Shown: positions 1 to 9,599, counted from the first letter of the stretch. The stretch is DNA of 26,265 nt from Cyanobacteria bacterium P01_G01_bin.39 (GCA_039180345.1 JBCDDK010000096.1:1-26265); one strand, 5' to 3'. The notes: generated by a model from the letters alone, not told the origin. Program-made: numbers and translations.

Positions 1-549
1 AAATTATTCTTAATTAAAGCAAATCGGTATCATATCTAACTAACCCACTGATCCTTAAAATGCTTTCTGGCACAATTATATAGCTATGAATCAATCAATG
101 CATAAGATATAGCTATATAACAATAGAGATTTTACGAAAAATGATGCATCATCACCAATCTCTGTTGCCTAAGGTCGATAAAAGAGTGCACTCTCAGGTG
201 TCTTCTCAAATTACCTATCTTTTAAATCGAATCTATTATATTTTTCTACTTAACTAATAACGAATCAACAAAAATCAACTTTTAGAGTAGGTGTTTACTA
301 TCTATGAAAATCATAATAAAGGCTTTATTCTGAAAAAGTCAAGTTGTAATATTTATTTATACATTTTCTGTGTTAGGTATATACTTACGTATATAAAATT
401 TAGTGCTAATAGTAAGTGATATAAAATTAATTACAAACAAACTGTAAATTCAAATACAAAATAATCAAAAATTAATACTTAGAAACTAAGAGTAGCACAC
501 GATACCAAATTGCTTTAATTTTTCTAACAAACATAAGTTTTACAGAATC

Positions 550-2736
550 ATGACTCAAAACCTAGAAACTCGAAATCTAAATTACTTAAACGATTCGTTT
601 ATGACTGAAAGTAGTGAAGCAGGATTAGATTTAAATGAGATCAGGAGTACTATCTTTCGCAAATTTCCTTTAATAGCATGTTTCACCTGTGCGTTGACCT
701 CTTTGGCATTGTTGAAAATCAATATTACGCCACCAAACTATACAGCTAATTTTGAATTATTATCAGAGCCGCTGAACATAGAAACTAAAGTAACCTCCGA
801 AGATGATAGCTCTAGAGAAACTAGAGAACAAATCACTAATGTAGAGCTAGACCAGGTACAGCTCAAAATTCTTAAAAGTCCTCGGCTAATTCTGCGAGCT
901 GTTGAGTCACTTAAAAGCAAGTATCCAGAATTAGGCTATCAAGAATTGATTGAAGATTTATCGATTGAAATTGTTGCGGATAAAAAGCAAGAACAAGATA
1001 TTTTGCTAGTGAATTATCAAAATTCTGATCGTGAAAAAGTTTTAGATGTAATTGATGCCTTAACAAAAACTTACTTAGATTACAGCGTAGAAAAACGCCA
1101 GTCAGGTGTCAAAAGAGGAATTGCCTTTTTGGATCGACAAATACCATTAGTATCTGCTCAGGCGCAGGAAATTCGTAATCAGATTAGGTCAATTAGACAA
1201 AAAAATGATTTTGGCGATCCTAGTATTACCGTAAGGCAAATTGCAACTCGTTTAGACGAATTGGAAAAACAACGGGAAAAAACTAATAGGGAATTACAAG
1301 AATCACGAGTGAAATTAAAACGTCTTGAGTCAGAGTTAATCTCTCAACCAGAAAAATCCTCAATGGCAATCAATTTAGCGACTCCTGAGTATATCGAAAT
1401 ATCAAATCAATTGAGAGCCTTAGATATTGAGATTGGTCGCAAATCCGCTGTTTTTTCGGCGCAAAACCCAGTCTTACAGGAATTACACCAAGAAAGACAA
1501 GAATTAAATTCATTGTTAGCTGAGGCTGGCTTCGATATTGGTCGCAAACTTGATGACCAAATTGCTATTCTGGAAAGTCGTCAACAAAACATTATTGCCC
1601 AAAGCGATTATCTTATGTCTAGACTTGAGCAATGGGCGGCAATTTCAGGTGAACATAACGAGCTTAAACAAAAACTCAATAGAACTAACGATAAGCTTAA
1701 TGGGTTTATTGCCCAGAAAGATGCGCTACAGATTGATGCTGCCCAACAAGATGCACCTTGGCACCTTCTGACACCTGCAACAGAGCCAAAGTTAGATAGC
1801 GTCAGCACTGTTAATTATTTAATACTTAGCTCTACTTTGGGATTGATGTTGGGTAGTGGAGTTGCTTTACTGCTAGATAAGCATCAAAAAATCATTTATA
1901 CTTCTGCCAAAGTCGAGGAAATTACACGTTTACCGATCCTGACTACTATCCCTTACAGCTCCCAAGCCAAGCAACTGTCACTGTTTGATAACATTAGCTT
2001 TGCCAGACAAGAAAGAAGGTTATCATCCTCACAAAATGAGGCAGCTTCGGCGACGGAAGTTTTGCCCGTCAAATATTCCAATCCTTCAATTGAGGCGTTT
2101 CGCTCTTTTGCTGCTAATTTGGGTCTTTTAAGCTTCAATACTGCTTCAGCACTCAATCTGACCAACAATCTTCAATCGGTTGTGATCACCTCCGCCATTC
2201 CTCGTGAAGGAAAATCCACCGTAGCACTCAATCTTGCTAGAGCCTCTGCTTCTATGGGTAAACAGGTCTTACTAGTAGATACTGACTTACGCAGCGCTGA
2301 TCGCTTAACTACAGATTTGGGTTTTGAATCCCATTTAGGTTTGAAGGATATTCTTAATCCTAATAATCAATATCCGATATTTGACTGTATTGAGCAATTA
2401 CCCCTTGAAGAGAACCTATTTATTCTGACTTCAGGTTTGGGACATGGCGTATATGAATCAGCCGCACAAGACCATAGTCGCCTATTAGCATCAGAAAAAA
2501 TGCATGATTTGATGGGTGAATTGGAAACTCAGTTTGATTTAGTGATTTACGATCTTTGTTCCATTATCGGATTTGCTGATGTTAATTTGATTGCTGCTCA
2601 GACAGATGGCATTGTCTTAGTTACAGGGTTGGGTAAAATACAGTCGGTGGCTTTGACCGAAGCTCTCAACCAATTAAGATTGTGCAATGCTCCAGTACTG
2701 GGAATAGCTGTAAATAAGGTAGTAAATAAAAATTAA
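550..2736 (+). CDS. Wzc/GumC-like polysaccharide co-polymerase (Wzz-type N-terminus, coiled-coil periplasmic region) fused to a CpsD/CapB-type P-loop ATPase (BY-kinase-like) domain
   Basis: ATG at 550. There is an N-terminal TM segment (FPLIACFTCALTSLALL), a long coiled-coil stretch and a second TM (YLILSSTLGLMLGSGVALLL). The C-terminal domain has Walker A AIPREGKST, Walker A' LLVDTDLR and Walker B DLVIYD. No C-terminal tyrosine cluster (ends VNKVVNKN). Confidence 0.8.
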   Translation: MTQNLETRNLNYLNDSFMTESSEAGLDLNEIRSTIFRKFPLIACFTCALTSLALLKINITPPNYTANFELLSEPLNIETKVTSEDDSSRETREQITNVELDQVQLKILKSPRLILRAVESLKSKYPELGYQELIEDLSIEIVADKKQEQDILLVNYQNSDREKVLDVIDALTKTYLDYSVEKRQSGVKRGIAFLDRQIPLVSAQAQEIRNQIRSIRQKNDFGDPSITVRQIATRLDELEKQREKTNRELQESRVKLKRLESELISQPEKSSMAINLATPEYIEISNQLRALDIEIGRKSAVFSAQNPVLQELHQERQELNSLLAEAGFDIGRKLDDQIAILESRQQNIIAQSDYLMSRLEQWAAISGEHNELKQKLNRTNDKLNGFIAQKDALQIDAAQQDAPWHLLTPATEPKLDSVSTVNYLILSSTLGLMLGSGVALLLDKHQKIIYTSAKVEEITRLPILTTIPYSSQAKQLSLFDNISFARQERRLSSSQNEAASATEVLPVKYSNPSIEAFRSFAANLGLLSFNTASALNLTNNLQSVVITSAIPREGKSTVALNLARASASMGKQVLLVDTDLRSADRLTTDLGFESHLGLKDILNPNNQYPIFDCIEQLPLEENLFILTSGLGHGVYESAAQDHSRLLASEKMHDLMGELETQFDLVIYDLCSIIGFADVNLIAAQTDGIVLVTGLGKIQSVALTEALNQLRLCNAPVLGIAVNKVVNKN

Positions 2737-2902
2737 TCAACTGCCATTGCCTGAGCGCTTTGAGAGCTAACTACAAATCATCGATTCGGAGCGAGTTGCT
2801 TATCAGTTCAAGAAAATTTACCAACTTCGTAAATATTAAAGTTACTTAGGCAAGATCGAAGTTACAAATAACTGTAGAATAGCCGCACTATTAAGAGTAA
2901 CC

Positions 2903-4867
2903 ATGTCAGAAACAAATATAGAGTCGATTTTACAAGAGAAACGGGTATTTAATCCGACTGCTGAATTTGCCAAAAATGCGGCAATTAAAAGTATGGAGGA
3001 GTATCAAAAGCTCTATAGCCTTGCAGCTCAAGATCCTAGCGGTTTTTGGGCAAAATTAGCCGAGAAAGAACTACATTGGTTTGAGAGATGGGGCAAAACT
3101 TTAGATTGGCAACCGCCCTTTGCTAAATGGTTTGTCAACGGTAAAATTAATATTTCTTATAATTGTCTAGATCGACATCTAACTACCCATCGTCGAGATA
3201 AACCAGCCTTGATTTGGGAGGGAGAACCGGGAGATTCGAGAACTTTAACCTATGCCCAACTTCACCAAGAAGTTTGTCAAATGGCAAACGTGATTAAAAA
3301 GTTGGGGGTCAAAAAAGGCGATCGCGTGGGCATTTACATGCCGATGATTCCCGAAGCGGCGATCGCCATGTTAGCCTGTGCCAGAATCGGTGCAGCACAT
3401 AGCGTGGTCTTTGGTGGCTTTAGCGCCGAGGCTTTAAAAGCTCGTCTGGTGGATGCGGAAGCAAAATTAGTCATTACCGCCGATGGTGGTTGGCGCAAAG
3501 ATAAAATTGTCCCCCTCAAAGATGCCGTGGATCAGGCGATCGCCGAGGATGTCCCTAGCGTCAAAAATGTGCTGGTGGTGCAGCGTACGAAACAAGAAAT
3601 TGAGATGCAGAGCGATCGCGATTATTGGTGGCATGAACTAAAAGCCGATGCCTCAGATAATTGTCCAGCCGAATACATGGATAGTGAAGACTTATTATTT
3701 ATCCTTTATACTAGCGGCACTACAGGTAAGCCGAAAGGTGTGGTTCACACCACAGGAGGCTACAATCTTTATACTCACATGACCTTTAAGTGGACATTTG
3801 ATATCAAAGATGATGATGTCTACTGGTGTACGGCTGACGTAGGCTGGATTACAGGACATAGCTACATTGTTTATGGTCCACTATCCAACGGTGCAACTAC
3901 CGTGATGTACGAAGGCGCACCTCGACCTTCTAATCCTGGCTGCTTTTGGGATGTAGTGGAAAAATATGGCGTAACTATCTTTTACACCGCCCCCACAGCA
4001 ATTAGAGCATTTATCAAAATGGGAGATGAACATCCCAACAGTCGTGATCTCTCATCTCTACGTATTTTAGGGACAGTCGGGGAACCAATTAACCCCGAAG
4101 CCTGGATCTGGTATCACAAGGTTATTGGTGGTGAACGTTGTCCCATTGTTGATACTTGGTGGCAAACGGAAACTGGTGGCTTTATGCTCACTCCCCTTCC
4201 AGGAGCAACCCCGACCAAACCAGGATCGGCAACTTTGCCCTTTCCTGGAATTATTGCCGATGTAGTGGATCTTGACGGTAATCCTGTTGCTACCAACCAA
4301 GGAGGCTACTTAGTGATCAAACATCCTTGGCCGAGCATGATGCGTACCGTATATAAAAATGATGAGCGCTTTCGACATACCTATTGGGAGCATATTGAAC
4401 CAAAAGACGGACAATACTTCTATTTTGCAGGAGATGGCGCCCGTAAAGATGAAGATGGCTATTTTTGGGTCATGGGACGGGTTGATGATGTAATGAACAT
4501 CTCAGGACACCGTTTAGGCACCATGGAAGTAGAATCAGCATTGGTATCCCACCCAGCGGTAGCCGAAGCTGCGGTAGTATCTCGCCCTGATGAAATTAAA
4601 GGCGAAGACGTTTATGCTTTTGTGATTCTTAACGGTACTCATGATCCTAGTGAAGAGCTAAACCGAGAATTAAAACAGCACGTCGTTAAAGAGATTGGTG
4701 CGATCGCTCGTCCAGGATCAATCCGTTTTACCGATGCCTTACCCAAAACTCGCTCAGGCAAAATCATCCGTCGTTTTCTGCGTAATTTAGCAGCAGGAGA
4801 AGAACTAGTGGGTGACATCTCCACCATGGAAGACCTCAGCGTCTTAGACAAGTTGCGCCAAGGCTAA
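2903..4867 (+). CDS. acs: Acetyl-CoA synthetase (AMP-forming)
   Basis: 654 aa starting at ATG 2903. It carries the AMP-binding signature [19 protein letters not shown], and a typical Acs C-terminus ([12 protein letters not shown]). The length and N-terminus (VFNP...EYQKLY) are typical of Acs. Confidence 0.95.
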   Translation: MSETNIESILQEKRVFNPTAEFAKNAAIKSMEEYQKLYSLAAQDPSGFWAKLAEKELHWFERWGKTLDWQPPFAKWFVNGKINISYNCLDRHLTTHRRDKPALIWEGEPGDSRTLTYAQLHQEVCQMANVIKKLGVKKGDRVGIYMPMIPEAAIAMLACARIGAAHSVVFGGFSAEALKARLVDAEAKLVITADGGWRKDKIVPLKDAVDQAIAEDVPSVKNVLVVQRTKQEIEMQSDRDYWWHELKADASDNCPAEYMDSEDLLFILYTSGTTGKPKGVVHTTGGYNLYTHMTFKWTFDIKDDDVYWCTADVGWITGHSYIVYGPLSNGATTVMYEGAPRPSNPGCFWDVVEKYGVTIFYTAPTAIRAFIKMGDEHPNSRDLSSLRILGTVGEPINPEAWIWYHKVIGGERCPIVDTWWQTETGGFMLTPLPGATPTKPGSATLPFPGIIADVVDLDGNPVATNQGGYLVIKHPWPSMMRTVYKNDERFRHTYWEHIEPKDGQYFYFAGDGARKDEDGYFWVMGRVDDVMNISGHRLGTMEVESALVSHPAVAEAAVVSRPDEIKGEDVYAFVILNGTHDPSEELNRELKQHVVKEIGAIARPGSIRFTDALPKTRSGKIIRRFLRNLAAGEELVGDISTMEDLSVLDKLRQG

Positions 4868-4944
4868 TTAATTCAGTCAACAGTACATGCGGGCAAGCCC
4901 TTTGTCAGTACTTGGCAATACAGCCCAGAAAAAATGCTAAACTC

Positions 4945-4977
4945 TGTTGACTGTTGACTGTTGACTGTTGACTGTTA
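4945..4977. repeat. STRR-type heptamer tandem repeat, (CTGTTGA) x4 plus a 5-nt partial copy; the reverse complement contains CAACAGT (STRR3-like)
   Basis: Perfect 7-nt periodicity read directly from the sequence, lying between the acs stop and the tRNA gene. Confidence 0.85.
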
Positions 4978-4981
4978 CAAG

Positions 4982-5055
4982 CAGGCCATTCAGGACTTGA
5001 ACCTGAAACCTACGCCTTAGAAGGGCGGTGCTCTATCCAATTGAGCTAATGACCC
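4982..5055 (-). tRNA. tRNA-Arg (anticodon UCU)
   Basis: The reverse complement folds by hand into a 74-nt cloverleaf. Acceptor stem is GGGUCAU/AUGGCCU (with G:U pairs), D stem GCUC/GAGC, anticodon stem CCGCC/GGCGU, anticodon loop CUUCUAA (U33, UCU, A37). The variable loop is 5 nt and the T arm is UCAGG-UUCAAGU-CCUGA. CCA is not encoded. Confidence 0.8.
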
Positions 5056-5231
5056 AGATTAGCCAGATTATAATAACATATTATTATCTACGATTGTCAA
5101 TACTTCAGACTTGCATCCAGGGCAGAAGTCAAACTATCCCAAGTAGAAGCTATTTTGCCTGACAAAAGTGATGCCGACTGCTAGCTTCGCAATCAAGTAT
5201 TACCAATATGCGTCGCAGGCACTGGAATAAA

Positions 5232-5504
5232 TCATGAAATTGAGCTGGTCAATACCCAAGCATAAGTGACGAGAACCAAAGCGACCAAACCAAAAACAGT
5301 CTCTTTTTGTGTCATAATCCAGTTTTGGCAGCCCTGCCAAAAATAGGTAAACGCAGCGCGGCGTTCTATGGCAAGTTCTGCCATCAATTCGGCTACTTTA
5401 GCGTCTACTTGCTCTAGGGGAATTTCACCTTGCTGATAGGCAACTTCTAGCTCGTCTAGCTGGTGCCAGTATTCTTTTGTTGCTTGAAGAAGATTAGAAA
5501 GCAT
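5232..5504 (-). CDS. Hypothetical small protein with a C-terminal transmembrane anchor
   Basis: 90-aa ORF starting at ATG 5504. It has a helical acidic N-terminal part and a hydrophobic tail (VFGLVALVLVTYAWVLT). No family recognised. Confidence 0.5.
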   Translation of the reverse strand: MLSNLLQATKEYWHQLDELEVAYQQGEIPLEQVDAKVAELMAELAIERRAAFTYFWQGCQNWIMTQKETVFGLVALVLVTYAWVLTSSIS

Positions 5505-5575
5505 TAACTAAGACTGATCATTGTGATTTAAATTTACGGCGGCTTGGTCGCAGTAGCAACTTAGCGCCTAAGACA

Positions 5576-5605
5576 CTGCTGTCAGAAAATTCAGTCTGGC
5601 AGCAG
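5576..5605 (-). terminator. Possible hairpin downstream of the HLIP gene
   Basis: Inverted repeat CTGCTGTCAGA / TCTGGCAGCAG (11 bp, one mismatch on the minus-strand RNA) with an 8-nt loop, 15 nt past the HLIP stop. There is no clear U-tract. Confidence 0.25.
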
Positions 5606-5619
5606 CAGCAAATTGCTAA

Positions 5620-5772
5620 TTACAGCAGACCTAACTGAGACAAAATGCCTTGACCTGTAATCAGCTCAGTGGCAATGCCAATAACGAAGCCGAGCATTGC
5701 CAGGCGACCGTTCCAGTTCTCAGCAAATTTGCTAAAGCCAAATTTAGATTCTTGGTTTTCCATGAGATTCAT
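5620..5772 (-). CDS. High-light-inducible protein (HLIP, one-helix CAB/ELIP/HLIP family)
   Basis: Contains the chlorophyll-binding helix motif ENWNGRLAMLGFVIGIATELITG. The ORF-track start at 5835 is probably too far upstream. I place the start at ATG 5772 (MNLMENQ, preceded by AAGGA); ATG 5763 is an alternative. Confidence 0.85.
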   Translation of the reverse strand: MNLMENQESKFGFSKFAENWNGRLAMLGFVIGIATELITGQGILSQLGLL

Positions 5773-5900
5773 CCTTGGTAATTTTAATCGGAGTTTTTGT
5801 GGAGATTTATTACATACATCACGATGAATTATCACGATGAATGCATTGAATTAGCTAATTAATCATTAAAAGACATAATTAATTGGGTTTGCTCCTAAAT

Positions 5901-6272
5901 TTAGGCAACTACACTAGAGTCTCCTTCAATGGGAAAACTATTTGCCTTCCAGGCAGCCAAGCCCCCTCTAAGTTCAGCCACATTTTGATATCCAGCAGTA
6001 CGGAGTTGGGCTGCGGCAGAAGCAGTTTGCTCGTCAGTAGAGCCATAGACATAAAGATCACGCTCTAGTTCAAAATTATTTAAAGCACGATTAACTAACT
6101 CATTCATTGGCAGAGAAATAGCTCCTGAGATATGGCTAGTGTTGAAAGCATCTCGATTTCTAATATCAATGATGGTAAGAGCTGGTTCTCCCCAGTCAAG
6201 GCGTTTTTTTAAGTCATAAATGAGGGATTGAGCCTTAATTGGTTCTGGGATGAAGCTAGAAGAATTACTCAT
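5901..6272 (-). CDS. Single-domain rhodanese-homology protein lacking the catalytic cysteine
   Basis: Rhodanese-like layout: IIDIRNRDAFNTSHISGAISLP ... YVYGSTDEQTASAAAQLRTAGYQNV ... GGLAAWK. There is no Cys anywhere from the ATG at 6272. The 31 upstream codons of the track ORF look like AT-rich non-coding translation. Confidence 0.75.
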   Translation of the reverse strand: MSNSSSFIPEPIKAQSLIYDLKKRLDWGEPALTIIDIRNRDAFNTSHISGAISLPMNELVNRALNNFELERDLYVYGSTDEQTASAAAQLRTAGYQNVAELRGGLAAWKANSFPIEGDSSVVA

Positions 6273-6497
6273 GATTGGTTTTGCTGAAATTACTAAACTG
6301 AGTTTGCTGTTTATAGTGTAACAATATTTTAAGATTAATGTTTTTTTGTAAAAAATGCTTGACACAAGTCAAGAATTGAAGACTTTTTGTGTTGACAATC
6401 ACATTTCAGTTTTGAAATTAGACAGATATTAAATGAAATCTAAATTTAGAATTTCTTAATTAAGACTTTATACAAACACAGTGATTGAGCTAATACC

Positions 6498-6665
6498 TCA
6501 ATAATCTTGTAATAACTCCTGGTATAAGTTGTTTTTGAAGATCATTCGTCGATAAAGCTCAATTGACAAACCTTTCGCTTCCTCAGAGGAGAGAGTCTCC
6601 ACTTAATCGGCAAATGTTCTTAAATTGAGTTTCTGTTCTAGAGATAGTTGCTCGAAATCTTTCAT
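6498..6665 (-). pseudogene. nblA: nblA-like (phycobilisome degradation protein) reading frame interrupted by an in-frame TAA
   Basis: Hand translation of the minus strand gives MKDFEQLSLEQKLNLRTFAD*VETLSSEEAKGLSIELYRRMIFKNNLYQELLQDY*. This matches the NblA pattern LSLEQQFxxRxFAxQVxxxSxxxAKxxxxxLYxxMxxxxxxYQELL. The stop (6603-6605) sits where NblA proteins have Gln (CAA -> TAA). Too short to appear in the ORF track. Confidence 0.55.
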
Positions 6666-6991
6666 CGCTAACTTACGACTCCTGGTGTAAGAAGAATTTA
6701 AAGCATCTATAAGTTATGTTAATGATTATTAAGATAGCTTGCCACAACTTGAAGAGCTAATCTGATAGTAAAATCCGTACAGTTGTAGTTAGCTATTTCC
6801 AAAACTCCTGGCGCATTTCTCGGTAGGCTGTGAGTGATGGCAATGGATAAATGGTATTAGATGTCCCAGATAGCAATATACTTGATCTAGTTGCGCTCAA
6901 GATATTCTGAAACTGCTTGTAAGGGTGCATCTTTACGCTCTCGCCCTGGACTTGCATCACTAATAATATTGCCACAGGGGTTGAAGTGTCT

Positions 6992-7012
6992 TTGTTCCTT
7001 GTTCCTTGTTCC
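6992..7012. repeat. Heptamer tandem repeat (TTGTTCC) x3
   Basis: Perfect 7-nt periodicity that abuts the stop codon (7013-7015) of the 7013..7813 gene. Confidence 0.8.
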
Positions 7013-7813
7013 TTAATTATCCCATGACCTAACATTACGAGCATTAGCTTGATTTTTCGCTGCGGTGGCATTAGCCGAAAAAGAATGTTCTGAGCCTTCT
7101 CGGTTAACCTGACTTACTACCTGGCGAATTACCTTACGAACCTTTGTTTGATAAGTACTCAAATAACTTTGCTTATGCTGATTGTATTCCTTAGCATTGG
7201 TAGCATAGAGAGCAGGAACATTCTCATGGTTTAATACCAAAGCACAGACATCCGAAAGATCAATGCGATCGCTATTTGCCGCGTAATCAGTATGAATATG
7301 ACTATAGGCATCGGCGATGACTTCGCCTTCAATCAGATTAGTCAAGCTAAGGTTTGCTAACAGATCAAAAATGTCACTTTCGCCGACTTTGGTCTGTTTA
7401 CCATGTTTGATTTCACGCCACGAATCAGTTCTATGCTGCTTGAAAGTCGAGTTACGCGCCATGACTACATCTTTTTCTAGAGTTCGTAGACGATTTTGTT
7501 GGAGTACTTCTTCAATCGCTTTGGGTAGAAGTTTTTTCTGAACAAGTTCTTGAGATCTTTTGCTATATTCTTTTTGCTGTTTTAAATAACCGCGAGGGGA
7601 AGTAGCATAGAGACTAGGCACTTGATTGTGGTTGAGAAGCAGGGCGCAAACCAATGCAGGTTCGAGGTATTGTTTTTCCTTGAAATACTGGGTATTAATT
7701 ACCAATAAAACTGCTTGAAGTATCTCTATTTCTGCAACATTGATCAGCTTTAACTGACTAGCTAACTCCTCTTGAGTTGCAGCTTGGTGATTAATTTTAC
7801 GAGAATCATTCAT
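7013..7813 (-). CDS. Hypothetical protein with an internal tandem duplication
   Basis: The likely start is ATG 7813 (MNDSRKINHQ), 13 codons inside the track ORF. Two homologous halves share VCAL(L/V)LNH(N/E)(Q/N)VP(S/A)LYAT followed by a basic helical stretch. No family recognised. Confidence 0.6.
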   Translation of the reverse strand: MNDSRKINHQAATQEELASQLKLINVAEIEILQAVLLVINTQYFKEKQYLEPALVCALLLNHNQVPSLYATSPRGYLKQQKEYSKRSQELVQKKLLPKAIEEVLQQNRLRTLEKDVVMARNSTFKQHRTDSWREIKHGKQTKVGESDIFDLLANLSLTNLIEGEVIADAYSHIHTDYAANSDRIDLSDVCALVLNHENVPALYATNAKEYNQHKQSYLSTYQTKVRKVIRQVVSQVNREGSEHSFSANATAAKNQANARNVRSWDN

Positions 7814-7897
7814 AGTTGTTCCCCAATAATTCACGACGATTTTAACTCTCATTTTTCAAAATGTGTAAGAGTGATCATTGAACATTGTGAGGGCGTA

Positions 7898-7918
7898 AGT
7901 TTGAGGTTTCCTCAAACT
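7898..7918 (-). terminator. Possible hairpin downstream of the nucleoside transporter gene
   Basis: Perfect 9-bp stem AGTTTGAGG/CCTCAAACT with a 3-nt loop, about 80 nt past the transporter stop. There is no U-tract, so assigning it a terminator function is tentative. Confidence 0.3.
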
Positions 7919-7933
7919 GTTGACCGCCCGAAG

Positions 7934-7958
7934 TTGAACATTGAACATTGAACATTGA
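7934..7958. repeat. Heptamer tandem repeat (TTGAACA) x3 plus a partial copy
   Basis: Perfect 7-nt periodicity. A further isolated CATTGAACATTG copy lies at 7876-7887. Confidence 0.8.
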
Positions 7959-8000
7959 TTAACTAAATTGAAGATCTCTTTGTTTACAAATCCGCGTTGC

Positions 8001-9218
8001 TTAAATTAAGATGCCAGCGACGCAAGCGGTCATAAAACAGGCGATCGAGCCAGCCATCAATGCTCTTAGGCTCAACTGCGCTAAATCTGCCTGACGCTGA
8101 GGAGCGATCGCACTAATGCCGCCGATCTGAATCCCCACTGCTCCCAGATTAGAGAAGCCGCACAGGGCATAGGTTGCGATAATTTTAGCTCTTTCAGAAA
8201 TTACGGAGTTATCTGGAGTAATGAGCTGTTGTAAATCTAGATAAGCAACAAATTCGTTAAATATCAGTTTTTTGCCCAGTAAAACGGCAATATGTTGACA
8301 GTCAGCTAAAGGAATTCCCATCAGCCAAGCAATAGGAAACATTAAATAAGAAAAAATTAATTCTAAGGATAAATTACTCAAGCCAACTAGAGTTCCCAAC
8401 CAATTCAATATAGAATTAGCCAAAGCCAGTAATCCCAAAAAAGCAATCAACATCGCGCCAACATTAAGTGCCAGCTTTAGTCCTTCAATCGTACCAGTAG
8501 TGACTGCATCAATACCATTGACATAGTTTGAGGTGGTGGTAATTTTGATTTTCCCTAGGGTTTGGGGTTTTTCTGTCTCAGGATAAAATAATTTAGATAT
8601 AGCTAGTGCAGCAGGTGCAGACATTACTGATGCAGCAAGTAAATGTTCAGCGGGAATGCCAAAAGAAATATATGCTGCCATAACGCCGCCAGCAATAGTA
8701 GCAAAGCCGCCAGTCATGATTGAGTGTAGTTCTGATTTAGTTAAGCTCAATAAATAGGGCTTGATTGTTAAAGGTGCTTCGGTATGACCCACAAAAATAT
8801 TCGCAGCACAACTAAGAGATTCTGCCCCAGATGTCTTCATAGTTTTCATCATTACCCAACCCATTATGGCTACCATACGGGGCAAGATGTTGTAGTGATA
8901 GAGCAATGAGATAAAAGCTGAGAAAAAGATAATAGTTGGCAAAATTTTAAAGGCAATAAAATGCTCCTCAAAACCATCGCCAAATACTAATTTTGCTCCA
9001 GCATCGGAGAAGTCGAGAAACTGTTCGGCAACGGAACCCAAAAACTGAAACAATCTCAAGCCGATCGCAGTTTTGAGCAACAGCACTCCCAAAATTAACT
9101 GAAGAGCAATACCCCACAACACCGTATTCCAGGGAACCAGCTTACGGTTATTAGAACATAGATAGCTGAGAAAAATAAAAGTACCCAACCCTAATAAAGA
9201 AATCAAACGATAAGTCAT
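8001..9218 (-). CDS. nupC: NupC/CNT-family concentrative nucleoside transporter
   Basis: Polytopic membrane protein collinear with E. coli NupC. Matching blocks include LVFGD, FKILPTIIFFSAFISLLYHYNILP, GHTEAPLTIKPYL, NEFVAYLDL and FSNLGAVGIQIGG. The probable start is ATG 9218 (MTYRLISLLG) rather than 9254. Confidence 0.85.
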   Translation of the reverse strand: MTYRLISLLGLGTFIFLSYLCSNNRKLVPWNTVLWGIALQLILGVLLLKTAIGLRLFQFLGSVAEQFLDFSDAGAKLVFGDGFEEHFIAFKILPTIIFFSAFISLLYHYNILPRMVAIMGWVMMKTMKTSGAESLSCAANIFVGHTEAPLTIKPYLLSLTKSELHSIMTGGFATIAGGVMAAYISFGIPAEHLLAASVMSAPAALAISKLFYPETEKPQTLGKIKITTTSNYVNGIDAVTTGTIEGLKLALNVGAMLIAFLGLLALANSILNWLGTLVGLSNLSLELIFSYLMFPIAWLMGIPLADCQHIAVLLGKKLIFNEFVAYLDLQQLITPDNSVISERAKIIATYALCGFSNLGAVGIQIGGISAIAPQRQADLAQLSLRALMAGSIACFMTACVAGILI

Positions 9219-9599
9219 AGGCGATCGCTCGGCTACGTTTACGTAGTCGCACATGAGACGGCATCTATGTTTAACATGATTTCAGACTGAAAAAAGTTAA
9301 CCGAGATGATTAATTGCCTGAAGTCCAACGCTCAAAACTAACATTACTATGTGTTAGTGGTTAAATCAGCTATCATTTAATCTGACTTCAAATTAAATCA
9401 AATCACTTGAAAGCAATTACGGAAATGATTATGGAAGAATTGATCAGGAATTAGTTAATTAACTGTTGTTATTTGTGCCAATATACTGCATTTCTTTTGC
9501 TCTTTAAATAGATAGATTGTCATTGCGATACTTTTAATTTATACGGTTGATTGCGACTATAATTTATCTCAGAAAAACTAATTATATAAAATATTTTGT

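Noticed and set aside
2737-2902. A TAGAAT -10-like hexamer (2875-2880) upstream of acs as a possible promoter.
   Set aside because: There is no convincing -35 element at proper spacing, and AT-rich hexamers are too frequent here to support a call from sequence alone.
738-4851. Short ORFs nested within or antisense to the Wzc-like and acs genes (738..920, 1538..1771, 1608..1808, 1953..2168, 3334..3519, 4067..4300, 4114..4296, 4639..4851).
   Set aside because: They are shadow ORFs inside confidently identified long genes, and their translations are Ser/Arg/Leu-rich with no motifs.
4945-5231. tRNA-Arg as the attachment site of an integrated island.
   Set aside because: There is no integrase, no direct repeat of the tRNA 3' end, and the genes on both sides look like ordinary cyanobacterial core genes.
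6793-7071. 92-aa minus-strand ORF from the track.
   Set aside because: It overlaps the 3' end of the 7013..7813 gene and the heptamer array. Its translation is low-complexity with no motif, and the nblA-like relic nearby is in a different place. Most likely spurious.
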